A program made the translations under genes and the position numbers. This document shows, piece after piece, positions 12,524-26,705 of a stretch of 64,000 bases of DNA (position 1 is the first letter of the stretch; every line of letters begins with the position of its first letter). The notes below the pieces were generated by a model. The model did not search any database. It was not told the DNA's origin and was given only the letters and a program-made list of their open reading frames with translations. Location: NCBI GenBank assembly GCA_043228905.1, contig JBHGNT010000001.1:22506001-22570000 (forward strand), written 5' to 3'. This stretch comes from Azolla caroliniana (lineage: Eukaryota; Plantae; Polypodiophyta).

Positions 12524-13218
12524 TGTCATGAATACAACAACATCATGGCTTCACCTAGGCTTGAACCCAAGTCCTTGTAATACATAATCAAGAACCCAAC
12601 CATTAAGTTAGCCTATAATCATATGACATAATAAAAGCTACTTCTTGTAATACACTGATTATTGTAAATACTCTAGAACATTCTAGAATATCCTAAGCAG
12701 CAGCACAAAGGGGCAAAGCAGCGCTCTAAGAAAGATGAACAACCTGCCGCTTTTTTTCATAAGATTGTGACAGTACGGAAGTATGGAGATCTAGAAAGAA
12801 ATTGGCGGACTAGTAACTAGTCTTGGCCAACAACTTAGCACGCACGCACGATGAAAGCCCTCAACCTACGCACGCGTCGGAACTACATCCCTTTTGTTTG
12901 TTTATTTGTTTGCTACGGATGTAGCACGCATTCTGACTCCACTGGTCACGGTCGCTCTCCGCCCGCCGCAGGCCACGCAAACATTCTAAAACATTATAGA
13001 AATTTCTAGGCTATTCTATAGGAATCTATAAATAGGGGCATACATGTATTCTCAAATCAATTCAAATCAACACCAGTCTTAAGCTCTCATCGCCTATCTT
13101 GTATCCATTCTCATTCTACTTTAATACATTCATTCTTCTCTTATCATTTCATTCCTCTCTTCTTGTGATCTCTTTATATCTTTCTTTTGTCACTCTATCT
13201 TCCGTCTTGGTTCTGACA
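12524..13218 (+). mobile_element. Solo LTR (695 bp), related to the gypsy LTR at 19146
   Basis: TGTCA...TGACA termini; TSD CATGT/CGTGT; host KNMLWLSQ restored on removal; TATAAATA near 13027; shares TCAACRCCAGTCTT and CATTCTAGAA motifs with 19146-19613. Confidence 0.82.
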
Positions 13219-13815
13219 CGTGTTATGGCTGTCACAAGAGAAATATGTGACAAAGATCTTGGAGAGGTTCAACATGTCAGAAGCAAAGCTAGTCGGTTTT
13301 GCATTGCCGGCAAACTGCAAGCTGAATGCCAAGCAATGCCCAAAAAGGGAGAAGGATAAGGCCGAGATGAGGAAAGTACCATATGCCTCGGTTGTCGGCA
13401 GTTTAATGTATGCTATGGTCTATACGAGTCTAGACATAGCATTTGCAATCGAAACGGTGAGCCGATATATGAGTAATCCAGGGAAAGAACACTGGGCAAC
13501 AGTGAAGTTGATACTCAAGTACTTGAAAGGCACCTTAGGGGTATGCCTTAGGTATGGTTTCAGAAAACTTGTGCTCGAAGGTTTTACTGATTCCAACATG
13601 TTGGGGGATGCAAACTCAAGCTGATCCACATCAGGTTACGTGATGACCTATGCAGGCGGAGCAGTGTCATGACAGTCAAGGCTGCAAAAGGTTGTGGCTC
13701 TGTCGACCACAGAAGTAGAGTATATGGCTGATGTAGAGGCTAGTAAGGAGATGATATGGATGAAGAACTTTCTTAGTGAACTAGGAATGAAGCAAGAAAG
13801 ATTCTTGCTCCACTT

Positions 13816-16800
13816 TGTTCAATTCAATTGGAATTTATGTGAGAAAGATATTCAGAAATACACAAGTCGGAACAGAAAACAACAAATGAACAAGAGACAC
13901 AGAGTTTTACGTGGAAACCCTAAACAAGGTAAAACCACAGGAGAACAGTTCATCCACTATTCCACATGGAATACAAGGGAGATAGTTGTAATACAACACT
14001 CTCTGTACAAAGTGTATGAGTGTATCAGCCGCATAGGGCTCTTTGCGTCTAAGCTCACTCAGTTATGGCACCGCTTCCTCTCACTCTCTCTATCTACTAC
14101 ACACTCATCAAAACTCTATGTTTGCCCTAAGTGTATTTATACTTATACACAATGTGGGCTATTTACAAATGTAGCCTTTACTACTTTTGTTCCTATTGTT
14201 ATACTAATAACAATAGCAGGTAATCAATCGACTAGTCGACTATCTAGTTGGCCTTGTTGTCTTCAACTTGGATCATCTGTTGTTGACTTTGCATGTCGAA
14301 TCTCACTCAGTCGACTCTCCATGACATCAGATGTCAACACTCGGCCCGACCTGTCAGCTCCTCCCAATAGGAGGGACATCTTCCTAACAAACTCCCCCTT
14401 CACTCCTATGGGTAAAGTCAGCTAGTCTTGTCCTCTGTCGACAAAATCTGAGTCTATCCATCGGTAGGTTCTTTGTCAACATTTTGGATCCATTGTTGTC
14501 AGTATGGATCTTCACAATGGTAAAATCTCTTTCCTCCACTTTCTCCCGCAACCAGGGATGCCTCCTCTGTATATGTTTGGTCTGGGAGTGGTACCTAGCA
14601 TTCTTGGCAAGATGTATGGTGCTCTAGCTGTCACAATGAAGCAAGAACTCCTCTTACTTCATTCCCAACTCACTGAGAAAACTTCTCATCCAAATCAGCT
14701 CTTTTCCGGCCTCTACCGCTGCCATATACTCTGCTTTTGTGGTCAACAAAGCCACAGACTTCTGCAGTCGTGACTGCCATGACATTGCTCCCCCTACATA
14801 GGTCATCACGTACCTTAAAGTGGATCAACTTGAGTCTACATCCCCCGACATGTCCGAGTCGGTAAAACCTTCAAGCATAGGTTTTCTAACACCATACCTA
14901 AGGCACACACCCGAGGTGTCTTTTAAGTACTTGAGTATCCATTTAACAACTACCTAGTGTTCACTGCCTAGATTACTCATGTATCAGCATACTGCTCCCA
15001 CAACAAATGCTATGTTTGGTCTCTTACATACCATAGCATACATTAGACTGCCGACGGCCGAGGCATGTGGTACTTTCTTCATCTCAGTCTTTTCTTTCTC
15101 CCCTCTTGGGCATTGCTTAGCATGTAGCTTGCAGTTGGTTGGCAACACAGAGCCAACTGGCTTTGCTTCCGACATGTTGAACCTCTCCAAGATCTTTGTC
15201 ACATACTTCTCTTGTGTAGCCATGGCACTTTCTTAGTTCTATCTCAAACTATGTGCATCCCGAAGATCAGCTTAGCCGGTCCAAGATCTTTCCTGGCAAA
15301 CGACTTGCCTAATGCTTTCTTCAAGCTCACAATCTTCTTTGTGTCTTGTCTGACTATCAACATGTCATCCACATATAATATGAGAATCAAGAAATCACCT
15401 TCATCTTACCTTTTCATGAACACACAATGATCAGCCTGTGTTTTCTGGAACCTATGTTTCTGCATGAAGGACTCGAACTTCTTGTACCATTGGCGTAGAG
15501 CTTGCTTCAGACCATACAAGCTTTTCTTCAGTCGACACACCAAGTTCTCTTTCCCTTTCTCCTCAAAGCCATCAGGTTGTTGCATGTAGATCCCTTCATC
15601 CAGCTCCACGTGCAAGAACGTTTACTTGACGTCCAACTCTTCCATCTCTAGGTTCATACTGGCATCTATGCTCATAACAGTTCTGATTGATGTCATCTTC
15701 ATGACTAGTGCAAATATTTCGTCAAAGTCAACACCCTTTTTCTGTTGGAACCCCTTCACCACAATGAGGGCTTTGTACCTAGGTGTGTTGCCTACTTCTC
15801 TAGTCTTCACCTTGTAGACCCATTTGTCATCTTGAATTGCACTTAGCCATTTCTCTTTGTGCACGTTGGCAATGGCTTCACGTAGCACTCAAGTTCACCT
15901 TCATCAGTCAAGAAGATGTATTTACTAATATGTTTTCGGTGCTCTCCTTTCTCTATCTCCTTCCACTCGTTGTCAGCTCCAGTTTAGATGTCTCTGTTGA
16001 CTCTTTTCTTGGACCGGGTTCATGTGTGTCGATCAGTCGTTGTGGGTTATCTGATTCTGACTCATATTCCTCGATCGACTTCAACAGGTCTACCAACTCC
16101 GACTCCGACTCATATGTATTGCTCAGTTTCTCTGAGTCGACCAACTCGAGTTTGGTTGTGCCGACTAGCTGTCTCCTAACAGCCGACTTTGTTGGTTCGA
16201 CTAATCTTAAGTCGGTGGTAGTTGGAGTCGACTAGGAAGTTGTTTCCGACTTCTGTTGTTTCCAGTCCTTTGATTGTCTTGTCTTCCAAGAAGACTACAT
16301 CCCAACTCCTTAGTACTTTCTTATCGACTAAGTCCCACAACATGTAGCCGAACTCACCTTCCGAGTATCCCATGAATATGCCTGGTTTCGACTTACTATC
16401 GAGCTTTGACGTCTGATCCTTACTCACATGCATTTACACTAAACATCCGAACACCCTCATGTGTTGGTAGGAGACATCCTTTCCTATCCACACCCTCTGT
16501 GGGACATCACCTTTCAATGGCATTGAGGGAGACCTGTTGATCAAATACACGAATGTATACATCGCCTCAGCTCAGTACGATTTTGGTATCTTAGGATGCG
16601 ACAACATGCTCCTTACTCTCTCCATTATCGTTGGATTCATCCTCTCTGAAAGCCCATTCAACTCAGGGGTCTTTGGTACTGTGTATTCGATTCGAATACC
16701 TTGAGCCTTGCAATATTCTTCAAACTGCCCTTTATATTCGCCACCATTATCTATTCGGATAGCCTTCAACTTCGACCCGACTCTCGCTCGGTTCTTGCTT

Positions 16801-19145
16801 GGAACTCCTTGAACATTGACAATACTTGATCCTTCAACTGCAGTACAAAGGCCCATGTCTTCCGACTATAGTCGTCAATAAAAGTTATGAAGTATTGTCC
16901 ACCTCAATGCGATGGAGCATCTACATAGCACAAATCGGTGTGCACTAGTTCCAATGTAGCTTCTCTTCTTCTTGGTGGTCTTGAGTGGAATGTTGCTCTA
17001 TTCTGCTTTCTGACTAAGCAGTCAACACACTTCTCCAAGTGTACTCCTTTCACTTCTGGGAGAAATTCCTGGTCAGCCAAGATGTGCATTCCTTTTTCAC
17101 TCATGTGGCCTAGCCTCTTATGCCATAACTCTCCATCCAAGTCAGCTGTCACATTCACTTCTGACTTGCACAGTCAAGCATGCATCATATACAATGTGCT
17201 CTCTTTCTGTGCTTGGGCCACTATGAGGTTTCCTCGGCAGAACTTCCACTTGCCGTTTCGAAAACTACCCCGACTTGCACAGTTGGGCATGCATCATATA
17301 CAATGTGCCCTCTTTCGTTGCTCGGGCCACTATGAGGTTTCCTTGGCAGAACACTTGTCATTTCGAAAACTACCCCTATAGCCTTCGTCATCCAACCTTC
17401 CAGTTGATATCATATTCAATCTGTTATCCGGGACATGTCGAACTTCCCTTAGAGTCATTCGACAACCTATCGACGTCATTAGGCTTACACTTCCTATGTC
17501 GGCTATCTTGCACTCACCATTATCTCCCATCTTTACATAGCCATGGTCATCGGCTATGTAAGTCGAGAAGCACTCTCTCGACGGAGTGATATGGAAGGAT
17601 GCATCGGAGTCGATCACCCAGGTGCACGCTTCTCTTGCAAGATTTGTGCTTGCCTGCTCCCAAATGAACAGGATCTCCTCTACACTTGTAGCTATGGCGG
17701 ATGTTCCCTTTTCATCAGGAATCTTCCTTCTTGTCCATTATTACCACCACTCTTGTCCTTCTTGAGGTGTCGATATTCCTTCTAGAAGATTCTAGGATTT
17801 CCACAATAGAAGCATGTCAATTTTCCTTTGGAATTGGATCTGGTTTGGGACTTGTCCCTTCTTTATGGATTCCTTTGCCGGTTTCTTCCTCTTTCGGTGT
17901 GTTGAGTTAGGTTTGACTCCGATTGGGATAGGACACTCTTGTCCTTCCTTCTTGTCTCCTCATTCAAGATGCTTTACCTCTTGACACAAGGTGCTGAGAG
18001 TCACCACCAAATTCTCCCAGTTGTCTGGTAGGGTACACAGTAGCAGGATGGCCTACATTGCATCTTCAAGGGGAAACTTGGTTGTAGCAAGTTGGTTCAC
18101 ATACCCCATGAATGTGCTTACATGCTCCACAATTCTTTCTTCGTCCTTGTATTTCAACCTCACAATCTTTCTCATCAAAAAAGATGTTTAGTTAAGGGGG
18201 TTCTTCCTCTCATATAGACTTGACAGCTTCTACCACATCTCATAGGTATTTGTGTCGTTCGCCACATGCTGAAGGATACTTACATCGATGCATTGTCTGA
18301 TGGTGGTCACCGCCTTTCTATTCAAAAGTTTCCATTCAAACTCTAATAACCCCGTGGGTATTTCTGCTCTGTCAATGGGCTCGTATAGGTCTTTGACTAT
18401 GAGAAGGTCTTCCATCTTTATCTTCTAGTCTACATAGTTCTGAGAGTTTAGAACTATCATACCTAGGAAGCCGGTAACATCTCCCTCCATCTTTCACCTT
18501 GGGCTCTAATACCAGTTTGTTGAGATTCAATTGGAATATATGTGAGAAAGATATTCAGAAATACTCAAAGTTTTATGTGGAAACCCTAAACAGGGGAAAA
18601 CCATGGAAAAATTGTTCTTCCACTATTCAACAAGGAATACAAGGGAGACAACAATACAACACTATTTATATAGAGTGTATCAGCCACATAGGGCTCTTGG
18701 CTTCTAAGCTCACTTAGCTATGGTGCCGCTTCCTCTCACTCTCTCTATCTATTACACACTCTACAACACTTTTGTTCATCTACACTCTATGTTTGTCCTA
18801 AGTGTATTTATACTTATTTGTTCATCTACACTCTATGTTTGTCCTAAGTGTATTTATACTTATTTGTTCATCTACACTCTATGTTTGTCCTAAGTGTATT
18901 TATACTTATACACAGTGTGGGCTATTTACAAATGTAGCCTCTACTACTTTTATTCCTATTGTTATACTAATAATAATAACAGTTAATCAGTCCATTGGTC
19001 GACTAGTCGATTCAACTAGCCGATTAATCGGTCTTGTCTCCGACTTAGATCATCTACAATCGACTCTGCATATCAACTCTCCATGACATCAATTGTCGGC
19101 TCTCAGCCCAACCAGTCGGCTCCTCCCAATATGAGGGACATCTTC
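13816..19145 (-). mobile_element. Near-complete degenerate Ty1/copia element E with both LTRs (13816-14389; 18518-19145)
   Basis: PPT at 14390-14404, RNase H, RT, integrase ('IRIDNGGEY'), protease ('IDSDASFHIT'), gag, PBS TGGTATTAGAGC (reverse complement at 18503-18514); many stops and deletions. Confidence 0.9.
18771..18908. repeat. 46-bp tandem repeat, 3 copies, inside an LTR
   Basis: TTTGTTCATCTACACTCTATGTTTGTCCTAAGTGTATTTATACTTA x3. Confidence 0.92.
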
Positions 19146-22100
19146 TGTCATGATATGGCAAGACTCGAACCCATGACCTTACGTTATATGGGTCGAGCTC
19201 TTGACCATTATATCATTTATTGTAATACGTAGGATATTATTTTCATTTACATTTTGTTATAGGAAATCAATGTATATTCCAGATTTCTCTGGAACATTCT
19301 AGAAGCTTCAGGATTACTCCTGAGAACACTATAAAAGAGGGCACTAGGCATTATGTTGAGCCAAATTGGTTCAACGCCAGTCTTTAGCCTCATAGCCCTT
19401 TTGTACTTACTCTTCTTATAATATATAATCTGTTATCATCATCTCTCATCCTCGCTATCTCTCTCTCTCTCTCTCTCTCTCCTCTGTTCTCTTCCTCTCT
19501 CGGAAGTCTTACGCAGTCCCGTCCCCTTAGTTCTAATAGTACTTCCCTTCTCTAGTACTAATTCTCTCTCTGTTTAGTACTAATCCTATCTCTGTTTAGT
19601 ACTATTCTTGACAGTTTGAACCAATTTTTCCTTCTGTCTCTCTCCCTTCATACTAATCACTTATTTCTCTTTTCTTTTCATCCCATGGCCACAGTTAGCG
19701 CTCAGGAATATCAATCTGTTTTCTCAGAGTTTCAATGCCTAAAAGAGAAGTTCCTTGCTTTGGAACAAGAAAATCAACGGTTGCTGGGGGATCTTCAACA
19801 AATCTCCTTAGAAAAGCAGCAAACGTAACAACAACATGGGGAACTTGCATTACGCGTGCAACAATTCGAAGCAACCATCGTAGCGATGCAACAATAAGGC
19901 CCCGGAACACAAGGGATTCACAAGGAACCCAAGATTGGCCTTCCCACGAAGTTCGATGGAACACGATCGCAGTTTAGAGGGTTCCTTAATCAGGTACGAT
20001 TAGTTATTCAAATGCATCCTTCCCGATATCCTACCGATGCATCACGAGTGGGTTTAGTAGGGACGCTGTTAAGTGGCTCAGCGTTGGCATGGTTCGCTCC
20101 ACTGTTGGAAAAAGAGTCTCCATTACTCAACAACTTTGAAGAGTTTATAGGTGAGTTTAACGCATGCTTTGGGGATACTGACAACATAAGGACCGCAATC
20201 AACAAAATCCGGCGATTACGCCAAGGAGACCGTCCAGCCTCTGCATATGCTGCAGATTTCCGTCTACTTGCCGCTGACATCCCTTGGGATGATCAAGCGC
20301 TGATGGAGAAATTTCGTTATGGTTTACGCAACGATGTCAAGGATTTACTCTTGACTTTCCTTGAAGAGCCAAAGTCCTTAACAGAAGCAATCAGTCGCGC
20401 GGTAAGATGTGATAATCGCCTCTTTGAGCGACGTTCGGAATGACAGCTACAGATGCCGAGGGCAAGATCAGAGCCCACCTACGCCTCAATGGTAGCAAAA
20501 CCTTTACCTAGGGAGTACTATAATGCACCTCCAGTGAATACTCCGACTCCGATGGAGATTGACACTACACGTCGTCGAGGACCATTATCCGAAGAAGAAA
20601 AGCAACGACGCTGAACAAATCGACTATGTCTCTACTGCGGTGGACCAGGACACATTGCAATCAATTGTCCCCATAGGCCAAGAAGACAGGTAAACCAAAT
20701 AGTTGCTAGTTCTAATAGTACTAAACCCGAGCCTATTACAGTAGGGATATCTGATAGTACTAATAGTACTAATAGCCTACATCTAGCGAACAAATTTGAT
20801 GTCCTTAGTCAGTTAAAAGAAGAGTTAAACGACTAAGTCCAGCCAAAATAGGAGTCGTTTGGTTGGACAGTCCTAGATCTGTGCAGCCCATTAGTGGTTC
20901 CATTCCCTCTAAGCAAGTTAGCAATGTGTTCATAGCCCAAGTAACAGTTAGTACTAAAAGTACCCCTCCAGTACACGTCTTAGCACTTCTAGACTCCGGA
21001 GCTAATTCTTGCTTTATGGATAGGAATTTTGCCCAAGCTCATCAGATATCTCTTAGAAAACTTCCGTGTCCAGCCTCTGTAGTCGTCATTGATGGCCATC
21101 CCATTGCTTCCGGAAATATCATAGAAGAGTCCGAACACGTTAATATTGTCCTAGATAACTTAGCATTTGTAGTATCATTTAACATTATTAGTATCCCAGA
21201 ACATCCCATCGTTTTGGGATTACCATGGTTCGAGTTACATAACCCAGACATAGATTGGAGAACAAGAGAAATCAGTCCTTCGAGCCTATATAGAGGAGAA
21301 CTTGGAGAATGGATTCATTTGACATTCGAAATCTCCAGCCGGCGCACCCATTTTCTTCGTCAAGAAAAAGGATGGCTCACTTCGTCTGGTGGTAGACTAC
21401 CGTGGCTTGAATAAAGTTACAATCCGCAATAGGTATGCACTTCCCCTTATCTCAAGTCTTTTAGAACGGATCAATGGTGCCAGGTTCTTCACAAAGATCG
21501 ACTTACGGGGGGGGGGGGGGGGGGGGGGGGCCTATAACCTCGTACAGATCCGACCAGGAGATGAATGGAAGACCGCATTCCGCACTAGATATGGGCACTT
21601 CGAGTATACGGTCCTGCCGTTTGGCCTCACTAATGCGCCAGCCGTCTTCCAGCACATGGCAAATGATATATTCCGAGATCTCTTGGATGTGTGTCTGATC
21701 ATCTACTTGGATGATCTACTGGTTTATTCAAAGACTGAAGAAGAGCATGATTCTCATGTACTATTAGTACTAAAATGACTTCGAGAACATGGTCTTTACG
21801 CAAAGCTAGAAAAATGTAGTTTTGGGTGCAACCAGGTGGAATTTCTCGGCTACGTCATTTCCTCAGAAGGCATCTCCATGGACCCAGCTAAGGTCAAGAC
21901 GGTGGTAGAATGGCAGGCTCCGCGCTCGGTGCGGGATGTGCAATGCTTTTTAGGGTTTGCCAATTTTTACCGGAAGTTTATACAAGATTACTCAAAGCTC
22001 GTTCTGCCTCTCACACAGCTTACTAGGAAGGGACAATCGTTCGTTTGGTCTGAAGAAGCAGATATGGCTTTCGAGAGTCTTAAAAAGGCATTTACATCGG

Positions 22101-23405
22101 CTCCAATTCTAGCTCATGTCGATCCGGAACTACCATTCATTATCGAAGCTGACGCATCGGATTTTGCATTGGGGAGCATTCTGTCACAACGAGGTCATGA
22201 TGAGAAGCTACATCCTGTGGCTTTTCACTCACGCAAGTTTGACGCCGCCGAAATCAATTACGAAATTCATGATAAGGAGCTATTGGCAATAGTGGACTCG
22301 TTTATGCAATGGAGGCATTTTTTAGAGGGGTCCTCTCATCAAGTCACCGTATTCAGTGATCATAAAAACCTTGCCTACTTTCAGGATGCTCCAGTGTTAA
22401 ATCGACGTCAAGCTCGGTGGGCCCACTTCCTCACGCGTTTCGACTTCAAAATTACATATCGTCCGGGGAAGCACCAAGGGAAGGCAGATGCATTATCACG
22501 GCGTTCGTATCTAACACCGCGTCTCGGCGAGCCAGCTTTTGATAACCAAAAGCAAGTAATCTTGGGACCAGCACGACTGCAAGCAACACAAGTTTTTGGC
22601 ATGCCCATGGATTCCCACGTTATCAATATCATACATGCGGACCTGAAGACAGATGCTTTCGCCCAAGCTATACTAGCACAGATTGATCCCTCTCAAGCGT
22701 CGTGTTCACAGTCACAACCACCAGGTACGGACTATCGGCAATTCAAATACCATGATGGATTACTCTTCTTTAAAGAACTTTTGTATGTTCCTAATGGTTC
22801 TTGCCACCTTCGAGTAGTACAAAACTGTCATGACACATATACAGCTGGGCATTTTGGTAGTACTAAAACATTAGATTTAGTACAACGATCATTCTGGTGG
22901 CCCCGTATGCGACAATTTGTCGAAGAGTTTGTTCGGACTTGTGATACATGCTGCAGAGCGAAAATGTCGAGGCATCATCCCTATGGTTTATTAGAACCAT
23001 TACCAATTCCAAGCAAGCCAGGGCAATCCATTGCTCTCGACTTCATCACAGATCTTCCAGTCTCTAAGGGGTTGAATGTGATTCTAACAGTGGTAGATCG
23101 ATATACGAAGATGGCTCATTTCTTGCCATGTACTAAGGAGATCTCCAGTGAAGACACTGCCGAAATTGTCATGCGTGAAGTATGTCGGCATCATGGACTT
23201 CCCGATAGTATCATCAGCGACCGTGGACCCCAGTTCGTGTCAAAATTCTAGAAGCATCTTTTTAACATGCTCAAGGTCACTTGTAACCTCTCCTCCGGCT
23301 ACCACCCACAAACCAACGGCCAAGTTGAACGAACAAATCAAACGTTGGAGCAGTATCTGCGGTGCTTTCTCAGCTATCATCAAGATGACTGGGCAGATAT
23401 TCTCC
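19146..23405 (+). mobile_element. Ty3/gypsy element, Tcn1/Tf1-sushi-like: 5' LTR 19146-19613, gag, PR-RT-RH-INT; 3'-truncated
   Basis: gag from ATG 19685 with 'PTPMEID' and 'CLYCGGPGHIAINCP'; PR 'LLDSGANSCF'; RT 'YLDDLLVYS'; RH 'EADASDFALG' and 'NYEIHDKELLAI'; INT 'IISDRGPQF' and '[13 protein letters not shown]'; LTR TGTCA...TGACA; several C-to-T-type premature stops. Confidence 0.92.
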
Positions 23406-23524
23406 ACACTGACGATAATGGATCGGACATGCTCACGAAGAACCTACCCATGGATAGATTCAGGGTCTGTCGATAGAAGACTCGAATGACCAACTCCACC
23501 CCATAGGAGTGAAGGGGAATTTTG
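23406..23524 (+). mobile_element. Copia RNase H end and PPT; its 3' LTR resumes at 27412
   Basis: '[23 protein letters not shown]' then GGAGTGAAGGGGAA. Confidence 0.75.
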
Positions 23525-23800
23525 TGTAGAAAAAATAGTGCTCGGCCACAACCGAGTCTTAATCACAATGGAAGAATCAAAACAAAAATAAAGACTTATG
23601 CACTTACTCTCCAAAATGGGTGGACACAAGATGTTAGCGTGGAAAACCCTAATCGTGAAAAACCACGGGAATCCACAAACTCCGAAGAAGATCACAATAG
23701 AGAAGATGTACAACCGTGTGAGACTCACAGGCAACGAGCTTGAGCTCTACCTTCGCCAACCGGCGGTTACAACAGCAAAAGCTTTCTGTAGCTTTCTGTA

Positions 23801-23838
<38 letters not shown>

Positions 23839-26644
23839 TGTACAACAACAACAAAGATAACACACACATAACAGTGTTGTCCTAGTTATATTTATAATTA
23901 TATCACTTTGGGACTATTTATAAATATGACATCAACGGTCACGTCTGAACATATTTACTAATATGTTCCTATTTGCTGGTTCATACCGGATCTGGCCGGA
24001 CTCCTTCCGTATCCATCCGATCTGGTTCCTTCCTTCGGCTCGTCCGGTTCTCATCCGGATCCCATCCGGAGGAACCTGTTTCCCAACAAACTCCCCCTTC
24101 ACCCCTTCATTCCGATCCAGTTGCGGCACGCATCCAGCTTGTCAGCTGACAACACCTTGGTCAGCATGTTCTACCCGTTCTCCTTCGTATGGATCTTCGT
24201 CCGTGAGAACTCTCTATCTTCTACCTTTTCCCGGAGCTAATGATACCTCCTCTAGATGTGCTTAGGACAGGAATGGTAGGTCGCATTCTTCGTGAGGTGG
24301 ATGGCACTTTAACTGTTGCAATAGACCCAGAATTCCTCCTGTCGGATCCCTAGCTCGCGATGAAGTCCTTCATCCAAATTACCTCTTTGTCGGCTTCTAC
24401 AACCACCATGTATTCCGCTTTCGTTGTTGACAGTGCAACGGACTTTTGCAGCCTCGACTTTTACGACTCCCCCTGCATATGTCATGACATATCTGAATGT
24501 AGATTGGTTGGTGTCTGCATCAGCTGACATGTCTGAATCCATAAAGCCTTCCAATTGGGGTTTACCTGAGCCGAATCGGAGGCACATGCACGAGGTGCCT
24601 TTCAGGTACTGGAGTATCCACTTGACCACGATCCAGTGTTCTCTTCCCAGATTGCTCATGAACCGGCTGACCACTCCGAGTGCATATCCAATATCCGTTC
24701 GTTGCACACCATTGTGTACATCAAACTTTCGACGGCAAAGGTATATGGAATCTTCATCATTTCTGACTTCTCTACCTTCGTCTTCGGGCTCTGTTTTCCA
24801 GGAAGCTTGCAATTTACCGAAAGTGTCAACCCGACCGGCTTAGCATCTAACATGCTAAATCGTTGGAGCACCTTCGTCATGTACTTCTCCTGTGACAGCC
24901 ACACTAGCTTCTTCGTCCGGTCCTGGACTATGTGCATCCCCAATATCTGTTTCGCCGAACCCAAATCTTTCATTGAGAATGACCGGTTCAAGGTCTTCTT
25001 TAGCACTCTGATTTTGGTTCGGTCTAGTCTGACGATTAGCATGTCGTCCACGTACAACAGAAGTATTAGAAAATCTCCTCCATCAAACTTCTTCACAAAC
25101 ACGCAGTTGTCGGTCTGCGTCTTGTGGTATCCCTGGTCGGTCATGAAGAAGTCGAACATCCAGTACCATTGCTGGGGAGCTTGCTTCAATCCGTATAAGC
25201 TCTTCTTCAATTGGCACACTAGGTGCTCCTTCCCTTTCTTGACAAATCCCTCCAGCTATTGCATGTAGATCTCTTCTTCGAGATCACCGTGCAAGAACGT
25301 CGTCTTGACGTCTAACTGCTCGACCTTGAGGTCCATGCTTGCTGCTATGCTCAACACCATCCGGATGGATGTCATCTTTACTACTGGGGAAAAAATCTTG
25401 TTGCCACTCCCTTCTTCTGTTGAAACCCTTTCACAACGATCCAGGCTTTGTACCTAGGTGGATTTCCGGCGTCTCCTGGTTTTAGCTTGTACACCCACTT
25501 GTTCCGAAACGCTCTCTTTTCTTTCGGTAGCTCTATCAGCTCATATGTATGGTTCTCATGCAGGGAATCCATTTCGTCCTGCATGGCAGTCAAGCACTTT
25601 CGGTTGTGGGTGTCTTTGATTGCTTCTCTGAAGCTTTTCGGCTCCCCCTCGTCGATCAGCAATACATGCTCTGCATCCGGAAATCTCCAGGGGGCTCTTC
25701 TCCCTCTGAGAAGAGAGAGGATATCGCCATCCTTGAGTTTCGACAACCAGTTTCTCCGTTTGTTCTTCATCCGAATCTGATTCGGGGTCTTGTCCGGTTC
25801 CGGTGTCCAGTTCTTCTTTGATCGATTTGGTTCTTTGTCTAGAGTGACAACCAATGTCCCCCAACTATCCAAAAGGGACCCAAGCAATAACAATGCCAGT
25901 ACCTCGTCAGCTAGCAGTACTTCGAGCAAGGTAGTCTGGTTTATCAGCCCCTGGAAGGCGTTCATATGCTCTACCATGTTGGCGCAATCTTGATACCGGA
26001 GCCACACTATCTTCCGGAATACCGAGACCCGATTTACGGCGTTCTTGTTCTCCAGCATCATGCCGATCTTCTCCCAGAGCTCATTGGCCTTGTTCTCTTC
26101 ATTAAAGTTATTATACATGCTCATGTTGATGAAGCAACGAATTTATGTCGTCATCTTCATGTGCATTACTTCCCAGATCGTGGCATCGATCTTGTCCGAT
26201 CTTTTGTCCCCAAATTGTACCAGCAGCCAGAGATCTTTGACCACTAACATGTTCCTCATCTTTGACTTCCACATTGGGTAGTTGGAGTCGGTGAGCTTGA
26301 ACATGCTACCGAATGACTCTTCCATCTTCTTTCTTTGTTTGAAGTTTAGAACTTCAATCTGATACCAGTTTGTAGAAAAAATAGTGTTCGGCCACAACCG
26401 AGTCTTAATCACAATCGAAGAATCAGAACAGAAATAAAGACTTATGCACTTACGCTCCAAAATGGGTCGACACGGGATGTTAACGTGGAAAACCCTAATC
26501 GGGAAAAACCATAGGAGCCCACTGACTCCGAATAGGATCACTATAGAGAAGAGGTACAACCGTGTGAGACTCAAAGGCAACGACCTCGAGTTGTACCTTC
26601 GCCAACCGGCGGTTACAATAACAAAAGCTTTCTGTAGCTTTCTG

Positions 26645-26705
<61 letters not shown>

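Larger units (their letters stand above)
11626..13815 (+). mobile_element. Copia RT-RNase H fragment D, interrupted by two solo LTRs
   Basis: '[12 protein letters not shown]', 'KKSLYGLKQVPRQWY', 'KVPYASVVGSLMYAMV', 'ALSTTEVEY'. Confidence 0.85.

Noticed and set aside
19146-19220. Functional tRNA gene on the minus strand
   Set aside because: A and B boxes are present but acceptor, anticodon and T stems do not pair; reported as a promoter-like module instead.
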